From Vicinamibacteria bacterium (GTDB taxonomy: Bacteria; Acidobacteriota; Vicinamibacteria; Marinacidobacterales; Marinacidobacteraceae): a stretch of 64,000 bases of DNA. Both the position numbers and the translations under genes were made by a program. Below are positions 9,917 to 20,160 of the stretch, one piece after another (position 1 is the stretch's first letter; every line of letters starts with the position of its first letter). The DNA lies in the NCBI GenBank assembly GCA_963422395.1, contig OY729431.1, positions 2,488,887 through 2,552,886 of the forward strand, written 5' to 3'. The notes below the pieces were generated by a model. It had not been told where the DNA came from, did not search any database, and saw nothing but the letters and a program-made list of their open reading frames with translations.

Positions 9917-11431
9917 CTACTCCAGCCGGTAGTTCGGCGCTTCCTTGGTGACCACCACATCGTGCGCATGCCCTTCGCGCTGCCCGGCCCCGGTGACCTG
10001 GACGAACTCGGCGCTCTCGGCGAGTTCAGCGATGGAGCGGCATCCGGTGTAGCCCATCCCCGAGCGGAGTCCGCCGACGAGCTGTTCCACCACCCCGGCC
10101 AGCGGCCCCTTCGTCGGAACCCGCCCTTCGATCCCTTCGGGGACCAGCTTCGACGGCTCGCGGCCGGTCTGGTAGTAGCGGTCCGCGGACCCGCCGCTCA
10201 TCGCTCCGAGCGACCCCATCCCTCGATACCCCTTGAAGGTGCGCCCCTGGTAGAGGATCGTCTCGCCGGGGCTCTCGTCGGTTCCGGCGAACAGATTGCC
10301 CACCATCACGCAATCGGCGCCGGCGCCGATGGCTTTCACGATGTCGCCGCTGAAGCGGATGCCGCCATCGGCGATCAGCGGCGGACCGCTCGCCGGGCGC
10401 ACCTGCCGGATCGCGGAGAACTGCGGCATTCCGGTTCCGGCCACCACTCGGGTGGTGCAGATCGAGCCGGGCCCCATGCCCACTTTCACTCCGTCGGCGC
10501 CGGCCTCCACCAGGTCGCGAGCAGCCTCGGCGGTGGCGATGTTGCCGGCCACCAGGTCCACGCCCTCGGGAAGGCGCTCCCGAAGCCGCCGCACGGTACC
10601 GAGGCCGGTCCCGGTGTGACCGTGCGCAGTGTCCACCACGATCGCATCTACCTGGCGCTCGGCGAGGAGTTCCGCGCGGGCCACCGCAGCCTCCCCCACG
10701 CCCACTGCGGCGGCACAGCGAAGACGGCCGAAGTCGTCCTTGGTGGCGTCGGGGTAGGCCATCGCCTTCTGGATGTCCTTGACGGTGAGGAGGCCGGCGA
10801 GCGTCCCGTGCTCGTCGAGGACCGGCAGCTTTTCCACCCGGTGCTCGTGCAGGATGGCCTTCGCCTCGTCGAGGGTGGTGCCGAGCGGGGCGGTATGGAG
10901 GGGCGAGCGGGTCATGAGCTCGGCCACCAGGAGATCGCCGCGGGTCACGAAGCGCAGGTCCCGGCTGGTCAGGATACCCACCAGCCGACCGGTCTCGACC
11001 ACCGGCAGGCCGGAAATCCCGTGGCGCTCCATGAGCCCGAGCGCCAGCTCGACCGGAGCGTCGGGGGGAACGGTGACCGGATCCACCACCATGCCGCTCT
11101 CCGAGCGCTTCACCTTGGCCACCTCGTCGGCCTGCTCTTCGGCGGAGAGGTTGCGATGGATCACGCCGATGCCGCCGAGCTGAGCGATGGCGATGGCGAG
11201 CCTCGCCTCGGTGACGGTGTCCATCGCAGCGCTGACCAGCGGGATGGCGAGGCCGATCCGGCGGCTGAAGCGAGTGCTCACCTCGGTGGCGGCGGGCAGC
11301 ACCTCCGAATACCGCGGCTTCAGCAGAACATCGTCGAAAGTGAGCGCGACGGCCGGACCTCGAGCCGGCTCCCGGGGCAGCTCACGAGGTTCGAGAGCGT
11401 CTGACGAACCCTGCGGATCGGAGGTCGGCAC
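9917..11431 (-). CDS. guaB: Inosine-5'-monophosphate dehydrogenase.
   Basis: [18 protein letters not shown] is present. The CBS pair reads [12 protein letters not shown]...ISGLPVV...[12 protein letters not shown]. The catalytic loop [11 protein letters not shown] is present, and the C-terminus has [12 protein letters not shown] and YRGMGS. The 1092-aa track ORF is an over-extension through secA. The start is assigned to the GTG at 11431, 14 nt after the secA stop; this is uncertain. Confidence 0.9.
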   Translation of the reverse strand: MPTSDPQGSSDALEPRELPREPARGPAVALTFDDVLLKPRYSEVLPAATEVSTRFSRRIGLAIPLVSAAMDTVTEARLAIAIAQLGGIGVIHRNLSAEEQADEVAKVKRSESGMVVDPVTVPPDAPVELALGLMERHGISGLPVVETGRLVGILTSRDLRFVTRGDLLVAELMTRSPLHTAPLGTTLDEAKAILHEHRVEKLPVLDEHGTLAGLLTVKDIQKAMAYPDATKDDFGRLRCAAAVGVGEAAVARAELLAERQVDAIVVDTAHGHTGTGLGTVRRLRERLPEGVDLVAGNIATAEAARDLVEAGADGVKVGMGPGSICTTRVVAGTGMPQFSAIRQVRPASGPPLIADGGIRFSGDIVKAIGAGADCVMVGNLFAGTDESPGETILYQGRTFKGYRGMGSLGAMSGGSADRYYQTGREPSKLVPEGIEGRVPTKGPLAGVVEQLVGGLRSGMGYTGCRSIAELAESAEFVQVTGAGQREGHAHDVVVTKEAPNYRLE

Positions 11432-11445
11432 GGACAGCGGATCGC

Positions 11446-14232
11446 TCAGGCGGCGTGGCACTTCTTGTACTTCTTCCCGCTGCCGCAGGGGCAGGGCTCG
11501 TTCCTTCCCACCTTCTTCTGGCCGCTCCGGACCGGAATCACTCGCCCGCCACGCGGAGCGGCAGGCGCCGGCGTCCGCAGCCCGCCTCCACCGGGAGCAA
11601 CCGCAGCGATTCCCGAACCGGCAGCTGCGTCCGCAGCGGCTCCGTTTCCCGCTCCGCTGAGGACCAGGCGCGGCGCGGGGCGTGCCGGCGGAGGCGTCGG
11701 AGCGGCGCGAACCGCTTTGAGCACGAACAGCAGCCGCACCGTTTCCCGCTCGATGCGGTCCCACACCTCCTCGAACAGCGAGAACGACTCCTTCTTGTAC
11801 TCGATGAGCGGATCGCGCTGGCCGTAACCGCGAAGGCCGATTCCCTGTTTCAGGTGGTCCATCGAGTACAGATGGTCCTTCCACTGCGCATCGAGGATGT
11901 GGAGCATGATGTAACGCTCCTGGATGCGCATCAGCTCCGCGCCGATCTCCTGTTCCCTTTCGGTGTACCGCGCGGGAATCGCCTCGGCGAGCAGTTCTAC
12001 GACCTCGCCGCGCCCGAGCTCGTCGAAAGGAATGTCGTCTTTCGGTTCCGGAAGAAAGCCGTACTGTCCGCGGATTGCCTCGCGCAGCCCGGGGTAATCC
12101 CAATCGTCGGGATCCACTTCCTTCGAGAGCCGGGAGTCCACCAGGTTTTCCGCGGCGATCGACGCCAGATCGAGAACATATTCCCGCTGATCCTGCCCTT
12201 CGAGGATGCGGCGGCGGAGTCCATAGATGGCGACCCGCTGCTTGTTCATCACATCGTCGTATTCGAGCAGGTGTTTCCGGTAGGAGAAGTTCTGCGCTTC
12301 CACCTGTTTCTGGGCTCGTTCGATCGCCCGGGTAACCATTCCCGCCTCGACGGGAACTCCTTCCTCCATTCCCAGCCGCTGCATGAGCCCGCTCATGCGG
12401 CCGCTGCCGAAGATGCGCATCAGATCGTCTTCGAGCGAAAGGAAGAACCGGGAGCTCCCCGGATCTCCCTGCCGTCCGGAACGGCCCCGCAGCTGGTTGT
12501 CTATCCGCCGGGACTCGTGGCGTTCGGTCCCCACGATGTGCAGACCGCCGAGCTCCACCACCTCGTCGTGCGCCGCCCGGGTCTCTTCCCGGGCCTCGGC
12601 AACCGCGTTTTCCCAGACCTCGCCGGGCGCCTCCGTCCAGTCCACCCCTTCCTTGCGGAGCCGCGCCTTGGCGATCTCCTCGGGACTGCCGCCGAGCAGG
12701 ATGTCCGTGCCGCGGCCGGCCATATTGGTGGCGATGGTCACCGATCCGGCGCGGCCTGCTTGCGCCACGATCTCCGCCTCGCGCTGATGGTACTTGGCGT
12801 TCAGCACCACATGGGGAACCTGCTGGCGCTTCAGCAGCCGCGCGAGCCGTTCGCTCTTTTCGATCGAGGTCGTGCCGACCAGCACCGGCCGGCCCCGGCG
12901 CTGTTCTTCCCGGATTTCCTCGGCGATGGCATTCAGCTTTTCGCGCTCGGTGCGATAGACCACATCGGGATATTCGATGCGGACGAGCTCTCGGTTCGTG
13001 GGAATGGGAACGACTTCGAGCTCGTAGATCTTCTCGAACTCGGCGGCCTCGGTTTCGGCCGTTCCGGTCATGCCCGCGAGCTTCCGATACATGCGGAAGT
13101 AGTTTTGGAAGGTGATCGTCGCGAGCGTCTGGTTTTCCCGCTCGATCTTCACATTCTCCTTCGCTTCGACTGCCTGGTGGAGGCCGTCGGACCAACGCCG
13201 GCCCGGCATGAGACGCCCCGTGAACTCGTCCACGATGACGACCTTGCCTTCCTTTACCGTGTAGTCCTTTTCCCGCTTGTAGAGCGCGTGGGCACGGAGC
13301 GCCTGCAGCAGATGGTGCAGCAAGGTCATCTGCTCGGGCTCATAGAGGTTGTCCACCCGCAGCAGCTCTTCCGCCTTCGGAACACCCTCTTCGGTCAGAG
13401 TGACCGAGCGGGATTTCTCGTCCACGGTGTAGTCCACATCGCGGCGCAGCCGGGGAATGATGCGGTCCACCGTGTAATAGAGATCGGTGGATTGCTCCGC
13501 CGGGCCGCTGATGATGAGCGGTGTCCGCGCCTCGTCGATCAGGATCGAATCCACTTCATCCACGATGGCGAAATGGAACAGACGCTCCACTTCCTTGCCG
13601 TCGCGGCCCCGCTCGGTACGGGGGAAGATGCGGTGGACGAAGTTCTCGGCGCGGAACTTCATGTTGTCGCGCAGATAGTCGAATCCGAATTCGTTGTTCG
13701 TGCCGTAGGTGATGTCCGAGCCATAGGCGGCGCGTCGTTCCTCGTCGCCCAGGTCATGCTGGATGACTCCCACCTCCAGCCCGAGGAACCGATACAGCCG
13801 GCCCATCCAGTCCGCGTCGCGCCGGGCCAGGTAGTCGTTCACGGTGACCACATGGACTCCCATCCCGGAGAGTGCGTTGAGGACGGCCGGCAGAGTGGCC
13901 ACCAGGGTCTTTCCCTCGCCGGTCTTCATCTCGGCGATCCGCCCCTGGTGCAGGATGGCGCCTCCCAGCAACTGCACATCGAAGTGGCGCATCCCGAGGG
14001 TGCGCCGCGCCGCCTCCCGACAGACCGCGAAAGTCTCCGGCATCAGATCGTCGAGCGGCTCGCCGTTTTCGGCCCGCGACCGCAGCGCGGCGATCCGTTC
14101 GGGGAACTGCCGGTCCTCGATCCCGGAGAGTTCCGGCTCGAGAGCACCGACCCTGGCGACGAGCGGCCGCAGCCGCTTCAGCTCGCGCTCCGATTTCTTC
14201 CCGACGATGCTGGTGAGGACCTTCTGGAACAC
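11446..14232 (-). CDS. secA: Preprotein translocase ATPase SecA.
   Basis: 928 aa with a canonical SecA N-terminus ([21 protein letters not shown]). The DEAD motor motifs are present. The C-terminal zinc-binding tail reads [13 protein letters not shown]. Confidence 0.95.
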   Translation of the reverse strand: MFQKVLTSIVGKKSERELKRLRPLVARVGALEPELSGIEDRQFPERIAALRSRAENGEPLDDLMPETFAVCREAARRTLGMRHFDVQLLGGAILHQGRIAEMKTGEGKTLVATLPAVLNALSGMGVHVVTVNDYLARRDADWMGRLYRFLGLEVGVIQHDLGDEERRAAYGSDITYGTNNEFGFDYLRDNMKFRAENFVHRIFPRTERGRDGKEVERLFHFAIVDEVDSILIDEARTPLIISGPAEQSTDLYYTVDRIIPRLRRDVDYTVDEKSRSVTLTEEGVPKAEELLRVDNLYEPEQMTLLHHLLQALRAHALYKREKDYTVKEGKVVIVDEFTGRLMPGRRWSDGLHQAVEAKENVKIERENQTLATITFQNYFRMYRKLAGMTGTAETEAAEFEKIYELEVVPIPTNRELVRIEYPDVVYRTEREKLNAIAEEIREEQRRGRPVLVGTTSIEKSERLARLLKRQQVPHVVLNAKYHQREAEIVAQAGRAGSVTIATNMAGRGTDILLGGSPEEIAKARLRKEGVDWTEAPGEVWENAVAEAREETRAAHDEVVELGGLHIVGTERHESRRIDNQLRGRSGRQGDPGSSRFFLSLEDDLMRIFGSGRMSGLMQRLGMEEGVPVEAGMVTRAIERAQKQVEAQNFSYRKHLLEYDDVMNKQRVAIYGLRRRILEGQDQREYVLDLASIAAENLVDSRLSKEVDPDDWDYPGLREAIRGQYGFLPEPKDDIPFDELGRGEVVELLAEAIPARYTEREQEIGAELMRIQERYIMLHILDAQWKDHLYSMDHLKQGIGLRGYGQRDPLIEYKKESFSLFEEVWDRIERETVRLLFVLKAVRAAPTPPPARPAPRLVLSGAGNGAAADAAAGSGIAAVAPGGGGLRTPAPAAPRGGRVIPVRSGQKKVGRNEPCPCGSGKKYKKCHAA

Positions 14233-14254
14233 GTAACGATGCCGGGTAAACCGG

Positions 14255-14300
14255 AGAATTCTAGCAGCCTGTGGAAAAAGAGGCGCGAACCCCGAGATCG
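14255..14300. repeat. Solo terminal-repeat remnant of the CTAGCAGCCTGTGGA IS/MITE family.
   Basis: ctagcagcctgtggaaaaagaggcgcgaaccccgagatcgg matches the MITE/IS terminal sequence ctagcagtctgtggatgaagtggcgcgagccccaaggtcgg at about 34 of 41 positions. No partner end was found nearby. Confidence 0.4.
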
Positions 14301-14424
14301 GACCCGTTCTCCCGATGGGAGCCGCCGCGCGGTACCCGGCGGTTTTCCGGGGCGGCCGCTGCCAGCGAGACCGCTCCCACGAGCCGCTTCCGGAGGCGAA
14401 GCGGCGTGCTTCTACCGCGGACCG

Positions 14425-15372
14425 CTACGGGGCGTAATCCACGATGTGGTCGAGCGGGTTCTGCGCCCGCTCGTTCAACCAGACCTCGTAGTGGAGGTGC
14501 GGCGCGCGGCTCCGGCCGGTGTTCCCGACGAGCCCCACCAGCTGTCCCCGGCGGAGGCGCTGATTACGGCGGACATGGACCTGCGACAGGTGTGCGTAGC
14601 GGGTCACGGTGCCGAACCCGTGGGAAACCACCACGAACTTTCCGTAGGTCGCGGAAGCCGAGGTCTCGATGACCAAGCCATCTGCGGTGACCCGCACCGG
14701 AGTTCCGGTATTCGCCGAGATATCCACTCCGTAGTGCCATTCCAGATCGCCGGTGAACGGATCGTTGCGGCGCCCGAACCCCGAGGACAGGTACCCGCGA
14801 ACCGGCCAGATGGACGGAGTTCCCGCCAGCAACCGGCTTTTTTCCCGCATCATCCGTTCGAGGGCGGTTCCCTGCTGGTCCAGCGATGCGATCCGGCCCG
14901 ACAGGTCGTCGATCCGTTCACTCACATAGTCGTATCCCGCAGCGGTCCCCGAGCCGCCGACACCGCCGATCGGATTGGGAATCGGTTCGGCGCCGGCGAG
15001 CACCGCGAGCTTTCGCATCTGCGCCTCGAGCGATTCGAGCCGACCCGCCATCCGCTCGGTGTCCTGTGCATACCCGCGGTTCAGCCGGCGGAGCAGGTTC
15101 CGCTCCTCGGTCAGCGCCCGGGACGCTGGACTCTGGCGGACGAGGAGCCACCCGTAGTGGACGGCTCCGCCGAGTACCGCGACAGCAGCGAGGCGCAGCG
15201 CCCATCGCTTCCAGCCGGCGACCTGGATCTCGCGGGGGGTGTGCGTTCCCGCCCGGAAAACGATGAACCGGGTGGGACCGCCGCCGGTACGGAGAGGCAG
15301 CAGACGCCGGAAGAACTCCCGTACCCGATAAGACTTTCCTCGGAACATGGACTTCGGCAGGATTTGTAACAA
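14425..15372 (-). CDS. M23 family metallopeptidase, a membrane-anchored murein endopeptidase (EnvC/NlpD-like).
   Basis: An N-terminal TM segment is followed by a coiled-coil, then an M23 domain with HYGVD...HLHYEV motifs. An alternative start is MFRGK at 15348. Confidence 0.8.
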   Translation of the reverse strand: MLQILPKSMFRGKSYRVREFFRRLLPLRTGGGPTRFIVFRAGTHTPREIQVAGWKRWALRLAAVAVLGGAVHYGWLLVRQSPASRALTEERNLLRRLNRGYAQDTERMAGRLESLEAQMRKLAVLAGAEPIPNPIGGVGGSGTAAGYDYVSERIDDLSGRIASLDQQGTALERMMREKSRLLAGTPSIWPVRGYLSSGFGRRNDPFTGDLEWHYGVDISANTGTPVRVTADGLVIETSASATYGKFVVVSHGFGTVTRYAHLSQVHVRRNQRLRRGQLVGLVGNTGRSRAPHLHYEVWLNERAQNPLDHIVDYAP

Positions 15373-15506
15373 ATCGACCCTGGCAATTCAAGTTTCGGAC
15401 AGGGCAGCTGCCTTCATCCTCCGGGGCAGCGCTCCCTCGAAACTGCGCCCGAGGGTCGGTGACGACAGCGAAAAAAGGTCACCCGCGGCGCGACCCGAGG
15501 GGAAGT

Positions 15507-17183
15507 TCACTCCCGCCTGTCCGGGGAAGGAGGGGCGGGAGTGCCGAAAGCCTCCGGAGACGGGACATCGGCAGCGGCTCGGAACTGCAGCGCCTCCTCG
15601 AAGTGCGCCGGCTGGAGGACCGTATCGCCGGCGAGATCGGCGATCGTGCGGGCCACTCGGAACGCGCGGGTCACGCCGCGCGCGGACAGGCCGAGGCCGT
15701 CCATCGCCCAGGAAACCAGCGAGCGAAAGGGGCCCGCGCCACAGGCGCGCTTGACTTCCGCGACCGTGGTCCACGGATGCGCCTTCGCCGCCCGAAATCG
15801 CTCGTCGCGGGCATGGCGGGCGCGCCGCACCCGCTCCCGGACCACGGCGCTCGACTCGCCCGGGCCGCCGCTGAGCACATCGCGCGAACGCACCGGGCGC
15901 ACTGTCAGGTGCATGTCCATCCGGTCGAGGAGCGGGCCGGAAATGCGCCCTCGATACCGGGCCACCGCCGCCGGGGTACACCGGCACGGCCGACCGCCAT
16001 CGCCGTGAAAACCGCAGGGGCACGGATTCATGGCCGCCACCAGCTGGAAGGAAGCAGGAAAACGCAACGAATGCCGAACCCGTCCCACCTGGATGTCTCC
16101 GCTTTCGAGCGGTTGCCGCAGGCATTCGAGCACCGGGCGCTGGAACTCGGGGAGTTCGTCGAGGAACAGCACGCCGTGGTGGGCGAAGGTGATCTCGCCC
16201 GGGCTCGGACCCGGCCCGCCGCCGGCCATCGCCGCATACGAGATCGTGTGATGGGGAGCCCGGAACGGCGGACGGTTGCGAATCCGCGGCGATACCTCGC
16301 CGACCGCCGAGCGGATGCGCGCCACATCCATCGCCTGGCAGGGGGTCAACTCCGGCAACAGATCGGGCAGGATGCCGACCAGCAGGGTTTTCCCGCTCCC
16401 CGGGGGACCGATGAAGAGCAGGTTGTGCCGGCCCGCAGCGGCGATTTCGAGCGCCCGCCGGGCGCGCGGCTGCCCCTGCACTTCCGCGAGGTCCACTCCG
16501 GACCGAGGCTCCGGCGGCTGCCGCCGCGGCACATGCGCCGGAGGAAGCGTTTCGGCGGCGAGCAAATCCATCGCAGCGCCGAGACTTTCCGCCGGATAGA
16601 CCCGGAGCCCCGAGGCCAGCGCCGCCTCATCCGCATTTCCAGGAGGCAGGATCGCCATGCTCATCCCCGCAGCGGCAGCCTCCCAGGCGATCGGCAGCGC
16701 GCCGCGCACCGGTCGGAGAGCGCCGTCGAGCGCCACTTCACCGAGCAGCACCGTCTCGGACAGCCGGCGGCGCGGAACCATCCCCTTCGCGACCAGGATC
16801 CCGACCGCCACTGCCAGGTCGAACCCCGCACCCTCCTTGCGCACTCCGGCGGGAGCCAGATTCACGACGATGTGCGCATTTCCGGGATCGAATCCTCCGT
16901 TACGCAGAGCGGTCCGCACCCGCTGCTGCGCTTCCCGGACCACCGGATCGGGAAGGCCCACCATGTGGAAGCTCGGCTTGTCGGCGGGCTGCAGGTCCAC
17001 TTCCACCCGAACCAGCAGACCATCCACCCCGCGAACGGTCCCGGTGCGGGTGACCGCGAGGAGGCGGCCCTCGGCGGCGGTTCGCGGCGGCCGGGGCCCG
17101 CCGCCGGGGCCGGGGGAGCCGTCCGGCGAGGAGGCCGGAGGCGGTATCTCGCCCGAGTCGGGGTGCGAAGAATCGAAGCGCAT
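15507..17183 (-). CDS. comM: YifB/ComM family Mg-chelatase-like AAA+ ATPase.
   Basis: LLVRVEVD...MVGLPDPVVREAQQRV matches the ComM N-terminal Lon-like domain. Walker A FIGPPGSGKT and the C-terminal Mg-chelatase region are present. Starting at ATG 17183 leaves a Pro-rich N-terminal extension. The upstream part of the 659-aa track ORF is probably not coding. Confidence 0.85.
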   Translation of the reverse strand: MRFDSSHPDSGEIPPPASSPDGSPGPGGGPRPPRTAAEGRLLAVTRTGTVRGVDGLLVRVEVDLQPADKPSFHMVGLPDPVVREAQQRVRTALRNGGFDPGNAHIVVNLAPAGVRKEGAGFDLAVAVGILVAKGMVPRRRLSETVLLGEVALDGALRPVRGALPIAWEAAAAGMSMAILPPGNADEAALASGLRVYPAESLGAAMDLLAAETLPPAHVPRRQPPEPRSGVDLAEVQGQPRARRALEIAAAGRHNLLFIGPPGSGKTLLVGILPDLLPELTPCQAMDVARIRSAVGEVSPRIRNRPPFRAPHHTISYAAMAGGGPGPSPGEITFAHHGVLFLDELPEFQRPVLECLRQPLESGDIQVGRVRHSLRFPASFQLVAAMNPCPCGFHGDGGRPCRCTPAAVARYRGRISGPLLDRMDMHLTVRPVRSRDVLSGGPGESSAVVRERVRRARHARDERFRAAKAHPWTTVAEVKRACGAGPFRSLVSWAMDGLGLSARGVTRAFRVARTIADLAGDTVLQPAHFEEALQFRAAADVPSPEAFGTPAPPSPDRRE

Positions 17184-17463
17184 AGGAACATAGACGGGAT
17201 TCGGAGCGATTTCTTCCCACTTTTTTCGGTTGTCGGGAAAAGTCGTCTGTGTGAGAGCAGCCGCGTTCCCGCAGCGGATAGGATTCGCTGCTGCTGCAGG
17301 CGGCTGCGGTCGCGCTCTAGAGCGGCGGGGCGGCGCTTCACTGGAGTCGGTCCCGTCGGCGGTTCGGGCACGGAGGCGCGAACCCGGGCTCTCGAAGAGC
17401 GGCGGCGGGACTGCCGGAGCGCGGCCCTCGCCGGCGGTCCCTGCCCACGACCCCCGCCACGAC

Positions 17464-18195
17464 ATGGACATCCTGACTCTGCTCACCGCCGCGGGCGCCG
17501 GCGTACTGTCGTTCCTCTCGCCGTGCGTGCTCCCCCTGGTTCCCGGTTACATCTCGTTCGTGTCGGGATCATCGCTGAGCGATCTGGCGGGGGGCGCTCA
17601 AGACGCCGCCGCTCGGGGGCGCCGGCGGCGGGTCATCCGGAACACCGTCGCCTTCGTGCTCGGGTTTTCCCTCGTGTTCGTCGCGATGGGCGCTTCGGCG
17701 ACCTACGCAGGACAATGGCTCGCGGGGAACCGGGTGCTGCTCGGCCGGATCGCCGGAACGGTGATCGTGGTGTTCGGGCTCCATGTCATGGGGCTCTTCA
17801 AGATTCCGTTCCTGAATGTGGAGAAGCGCTTCCACTCGAACCGGGAGCCGGTCAGCCTGTTGGGCTCGTTCGGGATCGGATTGGCTTTCGCCTTCGGCTG
17901 GTCGCCCTGTATCGGCCCCATCCTCGCCGGAGTGCTGGTGCTGGCGGCGAGCCGAGAGACCGTGGGGCAGGGCATCGTATTGCTGAGCGTCTATTCCGCC
18001 GGGCTCGGAATCCCGTTCCTGCTCACCGGCATCGCGGTGGACCGATTCTTCGCCCTCTCGGCTCGGGCCAAGCGCCACTTGCGGGTAGTGGAGATCGTCG
18101 CCGGCGCGCTGCTCATCGTGATCGGAGTGCTGGTGTTCACCGACAGCCTGCAGGCGCTTTCGCGTTACCTCACCTTCCTGCCCGTCCTCGGCTGA
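17464..18195 (+). CDS. ccdA: Cytochrome c biogenesis protein CcdA (DsbD-family thiol-disulfide transporter).
   Basis: MDILTLLTAAGAGVLSFLSPCVLPLVPGYISF is the classic CcdA N-terminus with a conserved Cys. The second Cys lies in GWSPCIGPILAGVL. Confidence 0.85.
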   Translation: MDILTLLTAAGAGVLSFLSPCVLPLVPGYISFVSGSSLSDLAGGAQDAAARGRRRRVIRNTVAFVLGFSLVFVAMGASATYAGQWLAGNRVLLGRIAGTVIVVFGLHVMGLFKIPFLNVEKRFHSNREPVSLLGSFGIGLAFAFGWSPCIGPILAGVLVLAASRETVGQGIVLLSVYSAGLGIPFLLTGIAVDRFFALSARAKRHLRVVEIVAGALLIVIGVLVFTDSLQALSRYLTFLPVLG

Positions 18196-18217
18196 ACCTT
18201 CTCCTCGGGGGTATTCC

Positions 18218-18604
18218 ATGCCGCAACTGCTCGCTCTTTCCGCTCTGCTGGCCTTCGGGCTCACCGCTCAGGAACCCTGGGAGGTTCCCGAGGAGGCGCG
18301 CACGACTCCGAATCCGGTGCCGGGCGGCGAGGCGGCCGTTGCCGCCGGCAAGACCGCTTACGACGCTCGCTGCGCCTCCTGCCACGGCGACACCGGCAAG
18401 GGGGACGGGAAGGCCACGCGGTTCATCAAACCCGCGCCGGCAGACATCTCCACCGCCGAGGCTCGGGATCGGATGACCGACGGCGAGATGTTCTACAAGA
18501 TCACCGAAGGCAGGAAACCGATGCCCGGGATGGCGCGAACCCTGAGTGAAGAGGAACGCTGGCAGGTGGTCCACTACCTTCGGACGCTGCAACCGCTCCG
18601 GTGA
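18218..18604 (+). CDS. Class I c-type cytochrome, secreted.
   Basis: Signal peptide plus heme-binding CASCHG (CxxCH). A downstream Met ligand (KPMPGM) is present. 128 aa. Confidence 0.8.
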   Translation: MPQLLALSALLAFGLTAQEPWEVPEEARTTPNPVPGGEAAVAAGKTAYDARCASCHGDTGKGDGKATRFIKPAPADISTAEARDRMTDGEMFYKITEGRKPMPGMARTLSEEERWQVVHYLRTLQPLR

Positions 18605-18636
18605 AACCCCGGAAGTCCGAGAAAGGAGAACGTCTC

Positions 18637-19173
18637 ATGTCCATTGCCAGACTCCCCCACCCGCTTCTCGTCGGCGCTGCACTTCTGACCGCCGGCTGTG
18701 TCGCTCCTCCTCCCGGAGGCGGAGGAAGCGGAGGAGGAATGGCCGCCGAAGCGCCCGATCTGACGCTGATGCTCGTGGACGGCAGCCGGGATTTGAGCCT
18801 GCTCGCGGACGGCGGCGGAAAGGTGGTCCTCGTGGACCTCTGGGCGACCTGGTGTGTTCCCTGCGTCGCCGAACTCCCACACCTGCAACAGCTCTCCGAG
18901 TCGCTGCCGGAGGAGGATTTCCTGATGCTGGGCATCGTGCTGGAATCCGGAGACCCCGAAGATGTCGCGCCGTTCATCGCGGAGAAGGGCCTCAGCTACC
19001 CGAACGTGATGGGGTCCAACGAGGCCCGCGACGCCTTCGGCCCCTTCCTCGGCTATCCGACGAAGTACCTCATCGATCGCAACGGAAAGCTCGTGAAGCG
19101 GTATTTCGGTGCGGTCGGAGAGACCCTGGACGAAGAGATCGGCAAACTCCTCGAGAACGGCACCCTCGACTGA
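18637..19173 (+). CDS. TlpA/ResA-family thiol-disulfide oxidoreductase (thioredoxin-like lipoprotein).
   Basis: Lipobox LLTAGC; thioredoxin active site WATWCVPC. It follows ccdA and the cytochrome gene co-directionally. Confidence 0.8.
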   Translation: MSIARLPHPLLVGAALLTAGCVAPPPGGGGSGGGMAAEAPDLTLMLVDGSRDLSLLADGGGKVVLVDLWATWCVPCVAELPHLQQLSESLPEEDFLMLGIVLESGDPEDVAPFIAEKGLSYPNVMGSNEARDAFGPFLGYPTKYLIDRNGKLVKRYFGAVGETLDEEIGKLLENGTLD

Positions 19174-19241
19174 CCCACACCGCGGCGCTGCCGCGCCCCC
19201 GGCAGCTGCGGCCTCCGCCCCGCGGCTCCACACCTGCTGTG

Positions 19242-19260
19242 CCCGAAGCGAAGCTTCGGG
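19242..19260 (+). terminator. Putative intrinsic terminator hairpin after the ccdA-cyt c-tlpA cluster.
   Basis: An 8-bp perfect stem (cccgaagc / gcttcggg) with a GAA loop lies 70 nt after the tlpA stop. There is no U-tract, which is common at high GC. Confidence 0.25.
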
Positions 19261-19296
19261 TGCGGCGCAGCGGGAGAAAGTGTGAAAGGGGGCCTA

Positions 19297-20160
19297 GCAG
19301 CCCGTGGAAAAACTACCCTAATCGGTGAGGATCAGCGGCCCCGGAGGGGGTGCCGTGATCGGCGCAGTACGGCGTGCGGGCGCGGTCTGCGCGGGAAAAC
19401 CGCCCGACAGGGCGCTATCCAGGCCCAGGCGGGCGGTTCCCGGCTCCGGTAGGCGAAAATGAGAGCGAAAAGCGCGCCGCCGAACGCCGCCGCGCGCCCC
19501 TGCAGTCGTCGCGGCTTGCCGATTCCGCACCGGTGGCGCATCAGCAGCCCGAGGTCGAAGCCCGCTGCCTGGATCAACAGCCGCTTCCCGATGTTCCCCC
19601 GTCCGCGCAAATACAGCCGCCGCATCCCCCCGGTCTCGTAACCGTGCGCAAACGAGCGCTCCACCAACTCGCCCCGCCGGCGCAGCAGGCGCTTCCCGTG
19701 CTCACCACGAACGCGCCGCCGATTCGCAACCACCGCCCGGCGCTCCTCCTCCTTCCCCCGCCAGCTCCAAAGGCCTCGCTTCGGCTCCGATACATACGAA
19801 CGCACCCCCTCCCGCCGCAGACGCAACCGCGTCGCGTTGCTGTGATACTCCTTGTCGCACACCAGCTCTCGCGGACCAGCCGGTTCCCCGACCGCCGACG
19901 CCAGCGCCCCGCTCTCCCGGTCCAACCGCATCGAATCCGGACTCTTCCAGAATCCGGTTCAGCCGCTCGTAGAACGGATCCCCCGCGCTTCGAGGAAGAC
20001 TCGCCGTCGAAGTCCAGGATGTCCGGCGCTGCTCAACCCGACGCAATCCCATAGCCATACACACATACGGCCAAACTGACCCCGCTCGGTCGAGAGCTCC
20101 TGGTTCGCCGGGCGCCTCCCCGATCTTGGGGCTCGCGCCACTTCATCCACAGGCTGCCAG
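19297..20160. mobile_element. Internally deleted IS element (IS5/IS1182-superfamily-like) with terminal inverted repeats CTAGCAGCCCGTGGAAAAA / CTGGCAGCCTGTGGATGAA.
   Basis: The inverted termini lie at 19297 and 20160. Only the C-terminal half of a transposase remains. The right end is about 85% identical to the MITE at 23334..23530, and the left end is about 90% identical to the fragment at 25452..25659. Confidence 0.6.
19332..19931 (-). pseudogene. Transposase C-terminal fragment (DDE transposase, IS5/IS1182-like).
   Basis: ...GKRLLRRRGELVERSFAHGYETGGMRRLYLRGRGNIGKRLLIQAAGFDLGLLMR is the conserved C-terminal region of IS5-superfamily transposases. The N-terminal catalytic half is missing. 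Confidence 0.6.

Noticed and set aside
11455-15369. Plus-strand 1304-aa ORF, and the 1092-aa minus ORF 9917..13195.
   Set aside because: The first is antisense to secA. The second is the guaB frame, which stays open through the secA region in another frame. Only 9917..11431 carries IMPDH homology.
15459-18476. Plus-strand 1005-aa ORF.
   Set aside because: It is antisense to comM and out of frame with ccdA. Its composition is a GC artefact.
19374-20054. ORFs 19374..20054 (+) and 25290..25577 (-) share the N-terminus MRARSARENRPTGRYPGPGGRF. ORFs 19959..20150 and 23332..23517 share MDEVARAPRSGRRPA.
   Set aside because: The identical N-termini come from the repeated IS/MITE termini and are not from paralogous genes. 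They are antisense to the transposase fragment or lie within the MITE.
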